From: an uncultured Chloroflexia bacterium
Lineage (GTDB): Bacteria; Chloroflexota; Limnocylindria; Limnocylindrales; CSP1-4
Reading direction: 5' to 3'
Assembly (NCBI GenBank): GCA_963833225.1
Contig: CAWHXD010000013.1
Location: 1 to 12,373 of the forward strand
DNA length: 12,373 nucleotides
Shown here: positions 1-7,394 of the stretch, piece after piece
Layout: each line of letters starts with the position of its first letter
Position numbering within the stretch: the stretch's first letter is position 1
Program-made: the position numbers and the translations under genes
Notes under the pieces: generated by a model
What the model was told of the DNA's origin: nothing
Databases searched by the model: none
The model's input: only the letters and a program-made list of their open reading frames with translations

Positions 1-30
1 CTGCAAGACGGCGTCTGTCCGTTGTCCCGC

Positions 31-62
31 CCGGTGATGCCCTTCCACCAGGGCATCGCCGG
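31..62. repeat. 12-bp inverted repeat / hairpin
   Basis: CCGGTGATGCCC (31-42) pairs with GGGCATCGCCGG (51-62), with one G-U pair and an 8-nt loop. No U-tract follows. Confidence 0.6.
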
Positions 63-65
63 CGA

Positions 66-149
66 TGCCATCCAGGCACATCGCCGCGCTGCCACCCAGG
101 CGCCTCTCCGGCGATGCCACCCAGGCGCCTCTCCGGCGATGCCACCCAG
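66..149. repeat. 25-bp tandem repeat (2 exact units, 1 partial, 1 degenerate)
   Basis: TGCCACCCAGGCGCCTCTCCGGCGA at 90-114 and 115-139, partial TGCCACCCAG at 140-149, and degenerate TGCCATCCAGGCACATCGCCGCGC at 66-89. Confidence 0.9.
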
Positions 150-338
150 TCAAAGGACGCTTGCGGGCCGCGTACCGGCCGGCCCAGGGCACGGGAATTG
201 CCCGGCATCGACGCGCCAACGGACCCTGACCGCGCGGCGCGGCAATCGCTCGAGCGGGGCCGGGTCCGGCCTGGCGGACGAGGCTCGACGCGACCCGGCG
301 AGCGGGCCGGCGAGCAGTCGTGCTCTGACTGGATGACG
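140..338. repeat. Copy A of a dispersed element bounded by inverted tagged palindromes (REPIN/MITE-like)
   Basis: Left end TGCCACC-CAGTC-AAAGGAC-GCTTG (140-163, +). Right end CGTCATC-CAGTC-AGAGCAC-GACTG (338-315, -). Colinear similarity to 11140-11328 in reverse orientation. Confidence 0.7.
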
Positions 339-438
339 AGAAACGCGGTGGATGATGTGCCAGGCGCTCCGCGTTCGATGGAACTTGGTCCGGAACGCGG
401 GCGTCGGTGCGATGCGTCCCTCGACGAGGTATCGATCC

Positions 439-1335
439 ATGACCGCTCACCTCCGCCTCGCGACCGTCCTCGGGGCCGCCCTGCTCATCGCGGCCTGTAC
501 CGGATCCGCCGCCTCACCCGGTGCCGTCACGACGGCCACTCCGGATGTCTCGCCCGCGCCCGCGGCAGCGACGTATTGGCTGCGGATGACGACCTGGCAG
601 GCCATCGCACCGCTCGACCAGTTCGCCGGCCAGCCACTGCTCGTGATCACCGGCGACGGCGTGGCCGTCAGTCCAGGCCCGGTCCCCGCCATCTACCCGG
701 GTCCGTTGCTGCCCAACTTGACCGGGCGGTCGATCAGCGCGGCCGGTGAGGCGTCGATCGTCCAGGGCGCAACCGATCTCGGCCTGCTGGGCGGTCCGAC
801 CGACTTCCAAGGGCAAGCCAACCCGCTCGGCGCTGTGACTGGTCGGATCGAGCTCATCGTCGACGGAAGCCGGGTCGTGCTCACCGGCAACCCAGACGCG
901 CACATCGAATGCATCACCACGCCGTGCGAGCCGCAGCCGGGCACGCCGGAGGCGTTCGGCGAGCTGTGGCATCGGCTGCTCGACCTGCCGTCGTGGCTGG
1001 GTGACGAGCTTGGACCCGAGGCGCCATACGCGGCCCCGGCGTACGCCTTGCTGGTGCGGCCTGCGCAGCACACGGATCCCGACCTGCCGCAGGCGCCGGC
1101 CGACTGGCCGCTCGACCAGCCGATTTCCACGTTCGGTGGGCCCGTCGCCAACGGCACGGCACGCTGCGGAACCGTCTCGGGTGCCGACGCGGAGGTGCTG
1201 CGTCCAGCCCTGACCGCCGCCAATCAGCTGACGCCCTGGATCCAGGATCCAGACACCGATGCCGCCTTCACGCTCGTCGTCCGAGCCCTGACGCCGGCTG
1301 AGGACGCCTGTCGCGAGGTGTTCGCCGGTGGCTGA
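439..1335 (+). CDS. Putative lipoprotein of unknown function (298 aa)
   Basis: ATG at 439 preceded by GAGGT (426-430). N-terminus MTAHLRLATVLGAALLIAA-C has a hydrophobic core and lipobox, followed by a Ser/Thr/Pro/Ala linker. Strong GC3 bias. The 352 start in the ORF track is probably too far upstream. Confidence 0.8.
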   Translation: MTAHLRLATVLGAALLIAACTGSAASPGAVTTATPDVSPAPAAATYWLRMTTWQAIAPLDQFAGQPLLVITGDGVAVSPGPVPAIYPGPLLPNLTGRSISAAGEASIVQGATDLGLLGGPTDFQGQANPLGAVTGRIELIVDGSRVVLTGNPDAHIECITTPCEPQPGTPEAFGELWHRLLDLPSWLGDELGPEAPYAAPAYALLVRPAQHTDPDLPQAPADWPLDQPISTFGGPVANGTARCGTVSGADAEVLRPALTAANQLTPWIQDPDTDAAFTLVVRALTPAEDACREVFAGG

Positions 1336-1339
1336 CACC

Positions 1340-1388
1340 CCGGGGTCGTCGGCGCATCGCCACCCGCGACATACGCGAAACGACCCGG
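1340..1388. terminator. Imperfect hairpin between convergent genes; possible terminator or mRNA-stabilising stem
   Basis: CCGGGGTCGT (1340-1349) pairs with ACGACCCGG (1380-1388), with an inner TCGC/GCGA stem. It begins 5 nt after the TGA. No U-tract. Confidence 0.35.
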
Positions 1389-1431
1389 CGTCAGAGGTCG
1401 GAGGAGGCAGGGACGATCTCCGTGCCGTCGA

Positions 1432-1809
1432 TCACGAGATCACGGTGCCCTGGTGATAGACTAGGACCCATCCGTCGGCCGTTCCGCGCCACACGGAGAC
1501 GCGACGCGAGTTCCGTACACCCTGCCGCAGGCGGTAGGTCGCCAGCCACGCCCCACCGCCCGCCTCGCGTACGGCGAAGTCGCCCACCTCCAGGCCCGCG
1601 AGCGGGTCGTAGGTCGGATCCGCGTATCGGCTCTCGAGCTCGTCGAGACAGGCCTGGCGGTCGTAGATGCTCCCGGACGCGCCCACCTCCCAGTAGTCGG
1701 GAACGGTCATCGCCTCGAAATCGGCACGGGTCGTGCCGTGCTCCGGCCGATGGAAGAGCGGCTCACGGTCGCGCAGCTCCCGGGCAACCGACCTGGCGTC
1801 CTGCTTCAT
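1432..1809 (-). CDS. NTF2/SnoaL-like fold protein (DUF4440-like), 125 aa
   Basis: Motifs LRDREPLFHRPE, DYWEVGASGSIY, WLATYRL and SRRVSVWR...GWVLVYHQGT are typical of DUF4440 proteins. Start taken at ATG 1809 (MKQDARSV); the upstream extension is Arg/Pro-rich junk that crosses a tandem repeat. Confidence 0.85.
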   Translation of the reverse strand: MKQDARSVARELRDREPLFHRPEHGTTRADFEAMTVPDYWEVGASGSIYDRQACLDELESRYADPTYDPLAGLEVGDFAVREAGGGAWLATYRLRQGVRNSRRVSVWRGTADGWVLVYHQGTVIS

Positions 1810-1942
1810 CGGCGGAACTCTGGCGCCGGATCCACCTTCGCGCAAGCGACACCGGTCTCGATGGTGCTTGACACGAAGACGACGATCGAGCGCAAAGCCC
1901 ATCGGCGCGTCCCGTTCGAGCGACGCTGACCTCGCGCCGGGG

Positions 1943-1983
1943 GGCGGTGGCCAGGCGTGACCGGCGGTGGCCAGGCGTGACCG
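1943..1983. repeat. Exact 20-bp tandem duplication in a divergent intergenic region
   Basis: GGCGGTGGCCAGGCGTGACC at 1943-1962 and 1963-1982, plus G at 1983. Confidence 0.9.
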
Positions 1984-2024
1984 ACGACCGGCGGGACGAG
2001 CTCGCCGGCGCCGCCCGAGGTGCC

Positions 2025-2030
2025 TATCCT
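2025..2030 (+). promoter_or_regulatory. Candidate -10 box for the SH3-like lipoprotein gene
   Basis: TATCCT (TANNNT) within a locally AT-rich patch (TATCCTTAA), about 75 nt upstream of ATG 2106. Confidence 0.35.
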
Positions 2031-2105
2031 TAACGGATCGCGACATCGCCATCGGACGGCACGTGCGTGCAGTGCGTGGGTGCGGCCGACGAGGAAGGAG
2101 TCGGA

Positions 2106-2543
2106 ATGCTGCGTCGCCTGCCTGCCGTCACCCTCGTCCTCGTGGGCGTCATGAGTCTCGCCGCCTGCGGCGGCTCGTCGCCCACGGAGCCACCGGCCTC
2201 GCCCAGCTCGGCACCGAGCGCGAGCCCGGCCGTGTCTCCCCAGGCCTCGTCTCAACCCAGCACGGCGCCGACACCCGCGGATGCCCTGCCCAAGACGGTC
2301 GTGGCTATGTGCAACGGCGTCGCCCTGCGGACGAGCGCGTCGACGAGCGGCAACCTGGTCGCGCGCGTCTCGACGGGCGTCAACGTCCGCGCCGTCGAGA
2401 TCGTGACCGGCGACAGCTACACGACGGGCTCGTGCGGCACGGCCGGCGACACCTGGTACCGGATCCGCAGGGTCGGCGGCAAGACGGTCAAGTCGCTGTA
2501 CGGCGTGACCGACGTGTACGCGGCTGCCGGGTTCTTCCAGTAG
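2106..2543 (+). CDS. Lipoprotein with a C-terminal bacterial SH3-like domain (145 aa)
   Basis: Strong RBS GAGGAAGGAG (2091-2100). Signal MLRRLPAVTLVLVGVMSLAA-C, then a Ser/Pro linker, then VALRTSASTSGNLVARVSTGVNVRAV...WYRI, which resembles the SH3b pattern (LNLRxxPSxxxxxxxxLxxG...WYxI). Confidence 0.8.
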   Translation: MLRRLPAVTLVLVGVMSLAACGGSSPTEPPASPSSAPSASPAVSPQASSQPSTAPTPADALPKTVVAMCNGVALRTSASTSGNLVARVSTGVNVRAVEIVTGDSYTTGSCGTAGDTWYRIRRVGGKTVKSLYGVTDVYAAAGFFQ

Positions 2544-2624
2544 CCGAAGCGACGGCTCGGTCCGCGACCATCGGCGGCGCCGCCGCGACTCGCGACGGCC
2601 CCACGACTCGTCAACGCCGCGCGA

Positions 2625-2630
2625 TAGGCT
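2625..2630 (+). promoter_or_regulatory. -10 box of a probable leaderless transcript
   Basis: TAGGCT lies exactly 7 nt before GTG 2638, with no Shine-Dalgarno in between. Confidence 0.55.
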
Positions 2631-2637
2631 CACGAGC

Positions 2638-3537
2638 GTGAGCCATCAACATCAATCGACGTTCCGCCCGGACGCGCCCGTCGGGTCGAGACTCGTCCGC
2701 GTGGCGTGGCTGATCCGCGATGGCTCGCTCGACCCGGAGCTGGCGGCCCTGCTATCGCTCCTGGTGGAGGCCGGGGTTCCGGCCGTCGTCGCGTCCACGG
2801 ACAGTGCGACCTCCGACGCGGTTCGGGGCGCGTTGCTCGACCTGCTGCCGGAGGACGCCACCGTCGTCCGGCTGGCGGGCGCGGGCGAGGCGTTCGGCTG
2901 GCTGCCGGAGGCCGCCGACCTGGGCTGGCTGCCGGACCCGCCCGGCGACGGGGCCGGCGACCGGAGCACGGCTCCCGAAGCCGCCGCGAGGGCCGATTCC
3001 ACGGTGCTCGTCGCGGACCTTGACCCGGACGCGCCGGCCGGGACCTGGGGCGAGCGGGCGCTGGTGGCGATCCGCGCGCTTTCGCTCGGCTATGGGATGC
3101 TCGCGACCGCGCGCGGAGCCAGGCTGGAGGAGGTCCTTGGCCGTCTCGCGGCCAAGCCGGTGGGGGCGCTGGATGACGAGCTCACGAGGCTGGGCGTGGT
3201 GCTGATCCTGGCGATGGACGCGACCAGCCGCATGCGGGTTGCCGCCGCCCACTACGTGCGCCCGGTCTCCCGGGATGCGGAGGGCCATGTGCGCCGCCTG
3301 CCACCGGCGGTGCTCGCCACCTGGAACCCGACGACCGGCCGGTGGGAGCACTTCGCCTGGGGAATCGTCGACGAGCTTGCGGGCCGGGTCGGGAGCAGCC
3401 CTCGCGAGCTCGAGCGCGAGCAGGCCCGGCGCGCCGGCATCCTGGTCCGGCTGGCGATCCGCCTGGGGGACGGCACGGAGAAGGCACGGTCGACGGACCG
3501 ATCGACACCGGCCGACCGGGCACGCGACGCCGGGTAG
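2638..3537 (+). CDS. Hypothetical protein; degenerate CpaF/VirB11-type secretion-ATPase fold (probable pseudo-ATPase)
   Basis: LIRDGSLDPELAALLSLLVEAGVPAVVAS...ALLDLLP matches the segment around Walker A of CpaF/TadA-type ATPases, but GxxGxGKT is replaced by STDSATSD. Coding-like GC3 bias. Confidence 0.7.
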   Translation: MSHQHQSTFRPDAPVGSRLVRVAWLIRDGSLDPELAALLSLLVEAGVPAVVASTDSATSDAVRGALLDLLPEDATVVRLAGAGEAFGWLPEAADLGWLPDPPGDGAGDRSTAPEAAARADSTVLVADLDPDAPAGTWGERALVAIRALSLGYGMLATARGARLEEVLGRLAAKPVGALDDELTRLGVVLILAMDATSRMRVAAAHYVRPVSRDAEGHVRRLPPAVLATWNPTTGRWEHFAWGIVDELAGRVGSSPRELEREQARRAGILVRLAIRLGDGTEKARSTDRSTPADRARDAG

Positions 3538-3617
3538 CCGGACCGTTTGACGCTTTCCGGTCCGCGTGCCACGCTGGCCGCCCGAGTCGCAACCGCCTGC
3601 ATCCCGGAGTCCCCGCC

Positions 3618-5072
3618 GTGGTTCGCTCGTCCTCGACCTCCTCCCACGCCGCCGATCGTCCAGCCAGCCTGGGCGCGCTCCGCGCGTCCGGCTGGAAGCC
3701 GCGAACCGTCAAGGAGGAGTTGCGCACCAATCTCCTGAGCCGGCTCGCCGGCGGGGAGCGCGTGTTCGCGACGATCGTCGGCTACGACGAGACGGTGATC
3801 CCCGCGATCGAGAACGCGATCGTCGCCGGCCAGGACATCGTGTTCCTGGGCGAGCGCGGCCAGGCCAAGACGCGGCTCGCGCGGCTGCTGGTCGGGTTGC
3901 TGGACGAGTGGCTGCCGGTCGTCCGCGGCGGCGAGCTCAACGACGACCCGTTCGCGCCCATCAGCGCAGCGGCCCGCGGGATCGTCACCGAGCAGGGCGA
4001 CGACACGCCCATCGACTGGATCCCGAGGGACCGGCGGTACGCGGAGAAGCTCGCCACTCCCGACATCACGATCGCCGACCTGATCGGCGAGGTTGACCCG
4101 ATCCGGGTGGCCGAGGGTCGCTATCTGTCAGACGAGCTCACCCTCCACTACGGCCTCATCCCTCGCGCCAACCGCGGCATCTTCGCGATCAACGAGCTGC
4201 CGGACCTCGCGGAGCGGATCCAGGTGGGCCTGCTCAACATCCTTGAGGAGCGCGACGTCCAGATCCGCGGCTTCCAGGTGCGCCTGCCGCTGGACCTGTT
4301 CGTCGTCGCCTCCGCCAACCCGGAGGACTACACGAGCCGGGGCCGGATCATCACGCCCCTCAAGGACCGCCTCGGATCGCAGATCCGGACGCACTACCCG
4401 CGATCGCTCGAGCACGAGGTCGCCATCGTCCGGCAGGAGAAGCAGACGTTCCCGCCGTGCGATGGCATCCCGCCCGTCGTCGTGCCCGGCTTCATGGAGG
4501 AGCTGGTCGCCGAGCTGACCCATCTCGCCCGCCGGTCCCCGGACATCAGTCAGCGCAGCGGCGTCTCGGTCCGCGTCTCGGTGTCCAACCTGGAGGTCCT
4601 CGAGGCCGCCGCGATCAAGCGTGCCGTCCGCCTGGATGAGCCGATGGCGGCGCCACGGATCTCCGACCTCGGCGCGATCCTCGCCTCGACCTCGGGCAAG
4701 GTCGAGGTGGAGACGGTGGGCGAGGACACGCCGGAGGATCGGATCGTGGAGCGGCTCGTGACCAAGGCGGTGTTCGCGACCTTCAACCGGCACGTCTCGC
4801 TGGACCGCCTGGCACCGGTGATCGAGGCTTTCGACGACGGGCTGGTGATCGAGACGGGGGAGCGCGTGCCGTCGGGCGGGTACGTCCGCTGGATGCGCGA
4901 GATCCCGGGCCTGCGCGAGGCGGTGGAGCGGCTCGGGACCTTCGACGTCTCGGACGGAGCGCAGGATCCGGCGCTCGTCGCCTCGGCGGTGGAGTTCCTG
5001 CTCGAGGGCCTCCACCTGCAACGCCGGGTGAACAAGGATCGTGGCCACGCCGGCGTCACCTACCGGCGCTGA
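3618..5072 (+). CDS. AAA+ ATPase, magnesium-chelatase-I/MoxR-like (mycobacterial Rv0958-type), 484 aa
   Basis: GTG 3618 follows GGAG (3606-3609). Walker A variant GERGQAKT, Walker B variant IFAINE, sensor region VASANPEDYTSRGRIITPLKDRLGSQIRTHYP, and C-terminal SGVSVR. A VWA gene lies immediately downstream. Confidence 0.9.
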   Translation: MVRSSSTSSHAADRPASLGALRASGWKPRTVKEELRTNLLSRLAGGERVFATIVGYDETVIPAIENAIVAGQDIVFLGERGQAKTRLARLLVGLLDEWLPVVRGGELNDDPFAPISAAARGIVTEQGDDTPIDWIPRDRRYAEKLATPDITIADLIGEVDPIRVAEGRYLSDELTLHYGLIPRANRGIFAINELPDLAERIQVGLLNILEERDVQIRGFQVRLPLDLFVVASANPEDYTSRGRIITPLKDRLGSQIRTHYPRSLEHEVAIVRQEKQTFPPCDGIPPVVVPGFMEELVAELTHLARRSPDISQRSGVSVRVSVSNLEVLEAAAIKRAVRLDEPMAAPRISDLGAILASTSGKVEVETVGEDTPEDRIVERLVTKAVFATFNRHVSLDRLAPVIEAFDDGLVIETGERVPSGGYVRWMREIPGLREAVERLGTFDVSDGAQDPALVASAVEFLLEGLHLQRRVNKDRGHAGVTYRR

Positions 5073-5095
5073 CCTGCACGCAGGCGACCGATCCT

Positions 5096-5249
5096 ATGGC
5101 CTTCCTGACGCCCGATCCCCGCCACCTCGGCCGGGCCGATCTGCGCGTGTTCGACGGACAGGCAGGCGCTCAGCCCGGCCGCCCGGTACCGCCGCTGGGA
5201 TGGCAGCCAGCAGCTGCCCGACCTCACCGCCGATGAGATCCTGGACGCG
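5096..5249 (+). pseudogene. Frameshifted 5' portion of the VWA gene
   Basis: ATG 5096 opens MAFLTPDPRHLGRADLRVFDGQ with strong GC3 codons and stops at TGA 5234-5236. The VWA frame is open from 5109 and encodes ALSPAARYRRWDGSQQLPDLTADEILDAM, but has no start codon before 5250. Deleting one CAGG at 5159-5166 fuses the two frames. Confidence 0.65.
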
Positions 5250-7322
5250 ATGGCGGACGATCTCCTCGAAAGCGGCGATCTTGCCGAGGCGCTCCGCAAC
5301 CTCGCCCAGCATGGGCTTCGCAGGGACGACCCCTCGCGCACCGATCTGCACGGCCTGCGCGACCTGATGGGGCGGCTGCGACAGCGGCGGCGGGAGATGC
5401 TCGAACGAGGCTCGCTGGCGGACCCGCTGGCGGACGTGCGCCAGGAGCTGGACGAGATCGTGGCCACCGAGCGGGCAGGCGTGGAGCGCCGTCTCGATGC
5501 GACCGAGCCCGGAGCGGGCGGTGATGCGTCCGACGGTTGGGCCGAACTCGGAAGCGACGATGCGGATGCGGCTGCGGGCGCCGGCGGGACGGCGACGAAG
5601 GACGATGGGCCGACGAAGGACGATGGGCCGACGGATCCGCCGAGCGCCGAGCTGCGCCAGATGCTCCGCAGCGTCGCCTCCAGGCGCCTTGACCGGCTGG
5701 ACACGCTACCCCCCGACGTTGGGGCCAGGATCCGCGCCCTGGAGGACTACGACTTCCTCGAGCCGGAGGCGCGGGAACGCTTCGAATCGCTGCTCGACCG
5801 CCTGCGTGGGAGGGTGCTCGACCGCATGACGAACGGCCTCGCGGACGCCGTCAAGGGCCTCAGGCCAGAGGACCTGGATGCCCAGCGCTCGATGGTGCGC
5901 GACCTCAACCAGCTGCTGGATCGGCGCCTGTCGGGCGATGAGCCCACACCGTCCGAGGTCGACGACTTCCTGCGCCAGCACGGGATGTTCTTCCCGGGCG
6001 CGTCGACGCTCGACGATGTGATCGAGCAGCTCGCCGACCGGATGGCGGCAATGCAGTCGCTGCTCCGCTCGCTCTCGCCCCAGCAACGGGCCGAGCTCCA
6101 GGACACGATCGACGCTCTGCTCCGGGACGACCGGCTCCGGTGGGACCTCGCCAGGCTCGCCGCCTCGCTCGATCAGCTCCTGCCCGACGGCCTGGGCGAG
6201 CCCATGCCGTTCTCGGGCGATCGCCGGCTGGGTCTCGAGACGGCCCTCGAGGAGATCGAGAGCCTCCAGGCGATGGACCGCCTGGAGGCGGACCTCGACG
6301 GCGCGGCTCGATCCGGAGACCTGGCGGCGATCGATCGATCCGCGCTGCGCGCGCTGCTCGACGAGGACGCCGTGCGGAGCGTGGACGCGCTCGATGACCT
6401 GGCCGACCGGCTCGAGGCTGCCGGCTACCTCGAGCGGTCGGGGGACCGGCTCGAGCTGACCCCGCGCGGGACCAGGCGGATCGGCCAGAAGGTGCTCGAT
6501 GACCTGTTCTCGCGGCTGCGCCACGACGCGCTGGGAGGCCACCGTGAGGATCGATCCGGGCGTGGCGGCGAGCGCGAGGAGACGTCGAAGCCGTTCGAGT
6601 TCGGCGACGCGTTCCACCTTGACCTGCGCTCGACGATGGCCAATGCGCTGACGCGCGAGGAGAACGGACCGCCTCGAGCCGGGGCGGCGCGGGGTGTCCG
6701 GTTGCGTGCGGACGACTTCGAGGTGTTCCGCACCGAGCGCACGACGTCCGCGTCGACCGTGCTGTTGGTCGACATGAGCCGTTCGATGCTGCTGCGTGGC
6801 TGCTTTCTCGCGGCCAAGAAGGTGGCGCTGGCGCTCGAGGCGCTCATCCGCACCCAGTACCCCCGCGACCGGCTCTCGATCGTGGGCTTCGCGTACGACG
6901 CCCGCGAGATCCGGCCCGAGATGCTGGCCGGGCTCTCGTGGCACGAGTACGAGTACGGGACCAATCTCCAGCACGGGCTGCAGGTCGCCCGCCGGATCCT
7001 GGCCCGCCAGCGGTCCTCGAACCGCGAGATCGTGGTGATCACCGATGGCGAGCCGACCGCGCATGTGGAGCACGGCGAGGTCGAGTTCAACTACCCGCCC
7101 ACGAGCCGCACGATCCGGGCGACGTTGCGCGAGGTCATGCGCTGCACCAGGGATGGGATCACCATCAACACGTTCATGCTCGAGCGGACACCGGCGTTGA
7201 CCGATTTCGTGGGGCTCATGACCGAGCTCAACCGGGGCCGTGCGTTCTACGCCGAGCCGGCGCGGCTGGGAGAGTACGTGCTGGTCGATTTCGTCCAGCG
7301 CCGCCGCAAGCGCGTGTCGTAG
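5250..7322 (+). CDS. VWA domain-containing protein, partner of the upstream AAA+ ATPase (Rv0959-like); true start probably 5096 via frameshift
   Basis: MIDAS motif DMSRS...YGTNL...VITDGEPTAH, preceded by LELTPRGTRRIGQKVL and KPFEFGDAFHLD. Long helical N-terminal region. Confidence 0.9.
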   Translation: MADDLLESGDLAEALRNLAQHGLRRDDPSRTDLHGLRDLMGRLRQRRREMLERGSLADPLADVRQELDEIVATERAGVERRLDATEPGAGGDASDGWAELGSDDADAAAGAGGTATKDDGPTKDDGPTDPPSAELRQMLRSVASRRLDRLDTLPPDVGARIRALEDYDFLEPEARERFESLLDRLRGRVLDRMTNGLADAVKGLRPEDLDAQRSMVRDLNQLLDRRLSGDEPTPSEVDDFLRQHGMFFPGASTLDDVIEQLADRMAAMQSLLRSLSPQQRAELQDTIDALLRDDRLRWDLARLAASLDQLLPDGLGEPMPFSGDRRLGLETALEEIESLQAMDRLEADLDGAARSGDLAAIDRSALRALLDEDAVRSVDALDDLADRLEAAGYLERSGDRLELTPRGTRRIGQKVLDDLFSRLRHDALGGHREDRSGRGGEREETSKPFEFGDAFHLDLRSTMANALTREENGPPRAGAARGVRLRADDFEVFRTERTTSASTVLLVDMSRSMLLRGCFLAAKKVALALEALIRTQYPRDRLSIVGFAYDAREIRPEMLAGLSWHEYEYGTNLQHGLQVARRILARQRSSNREIVVITDGEPTAHVEHGEVEFNYPPTSRTIRATLREVMRCTRDGITINTFMLERTPALTDFVGLMTELNRGRAFYAEPARLGEYVLVDFVQRRRKRVS
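5593..5633. repeat. In-frame 18-bp tandem duplication (TKDDGP x2) in the VWA linker
   Basis: CGACGAAGGACGATGGGC at 5593-5610 and 5611-5628, then CGACG. Confidence 0.9.
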
Positions 7323-7394
7323 AGTCACGCCACTGGGGCGCGTCCAGCTTGCTCGCGAGTGACCGGATATGACGCGCGCCACGAGGGAGGTCGC

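Noticed and set aside
66-149. CRISPR array
   Set aside because: The units are directly abutting with no unique spacers, and no cas genes are present.
22-336. ORFs 22-336, 114-749 and 150-440 as genes
   Set aside because: Arg/Pro/Ala-rich translations run through tandem repeats and the non-coding element, with no RBS or recognisable motifs.
1836-1905. c-di-GMP-I riboswitch, suggested by GCGCAAAGCC here and GCAAACC at 11202
   Set aside because: The required GGCAAACC...GAAA...GGGACGCAAAGCC arrangement is not present at either site; only isolated words match.
3342-3617. N-terminal extension of the AAA+ ATPase in the ORF track
   Set aside because: It overlaps the upstream CDS in another frame and is low-complexity. 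GGAG plus GTG at 3618 gives a better start.
3618-5072. Sigma-54 activator or true magnesium chelatase subunit I
   Set aside because: There is no GAFTGA loop or HTH domain, and no chlorophyll or cobalamin gene context.
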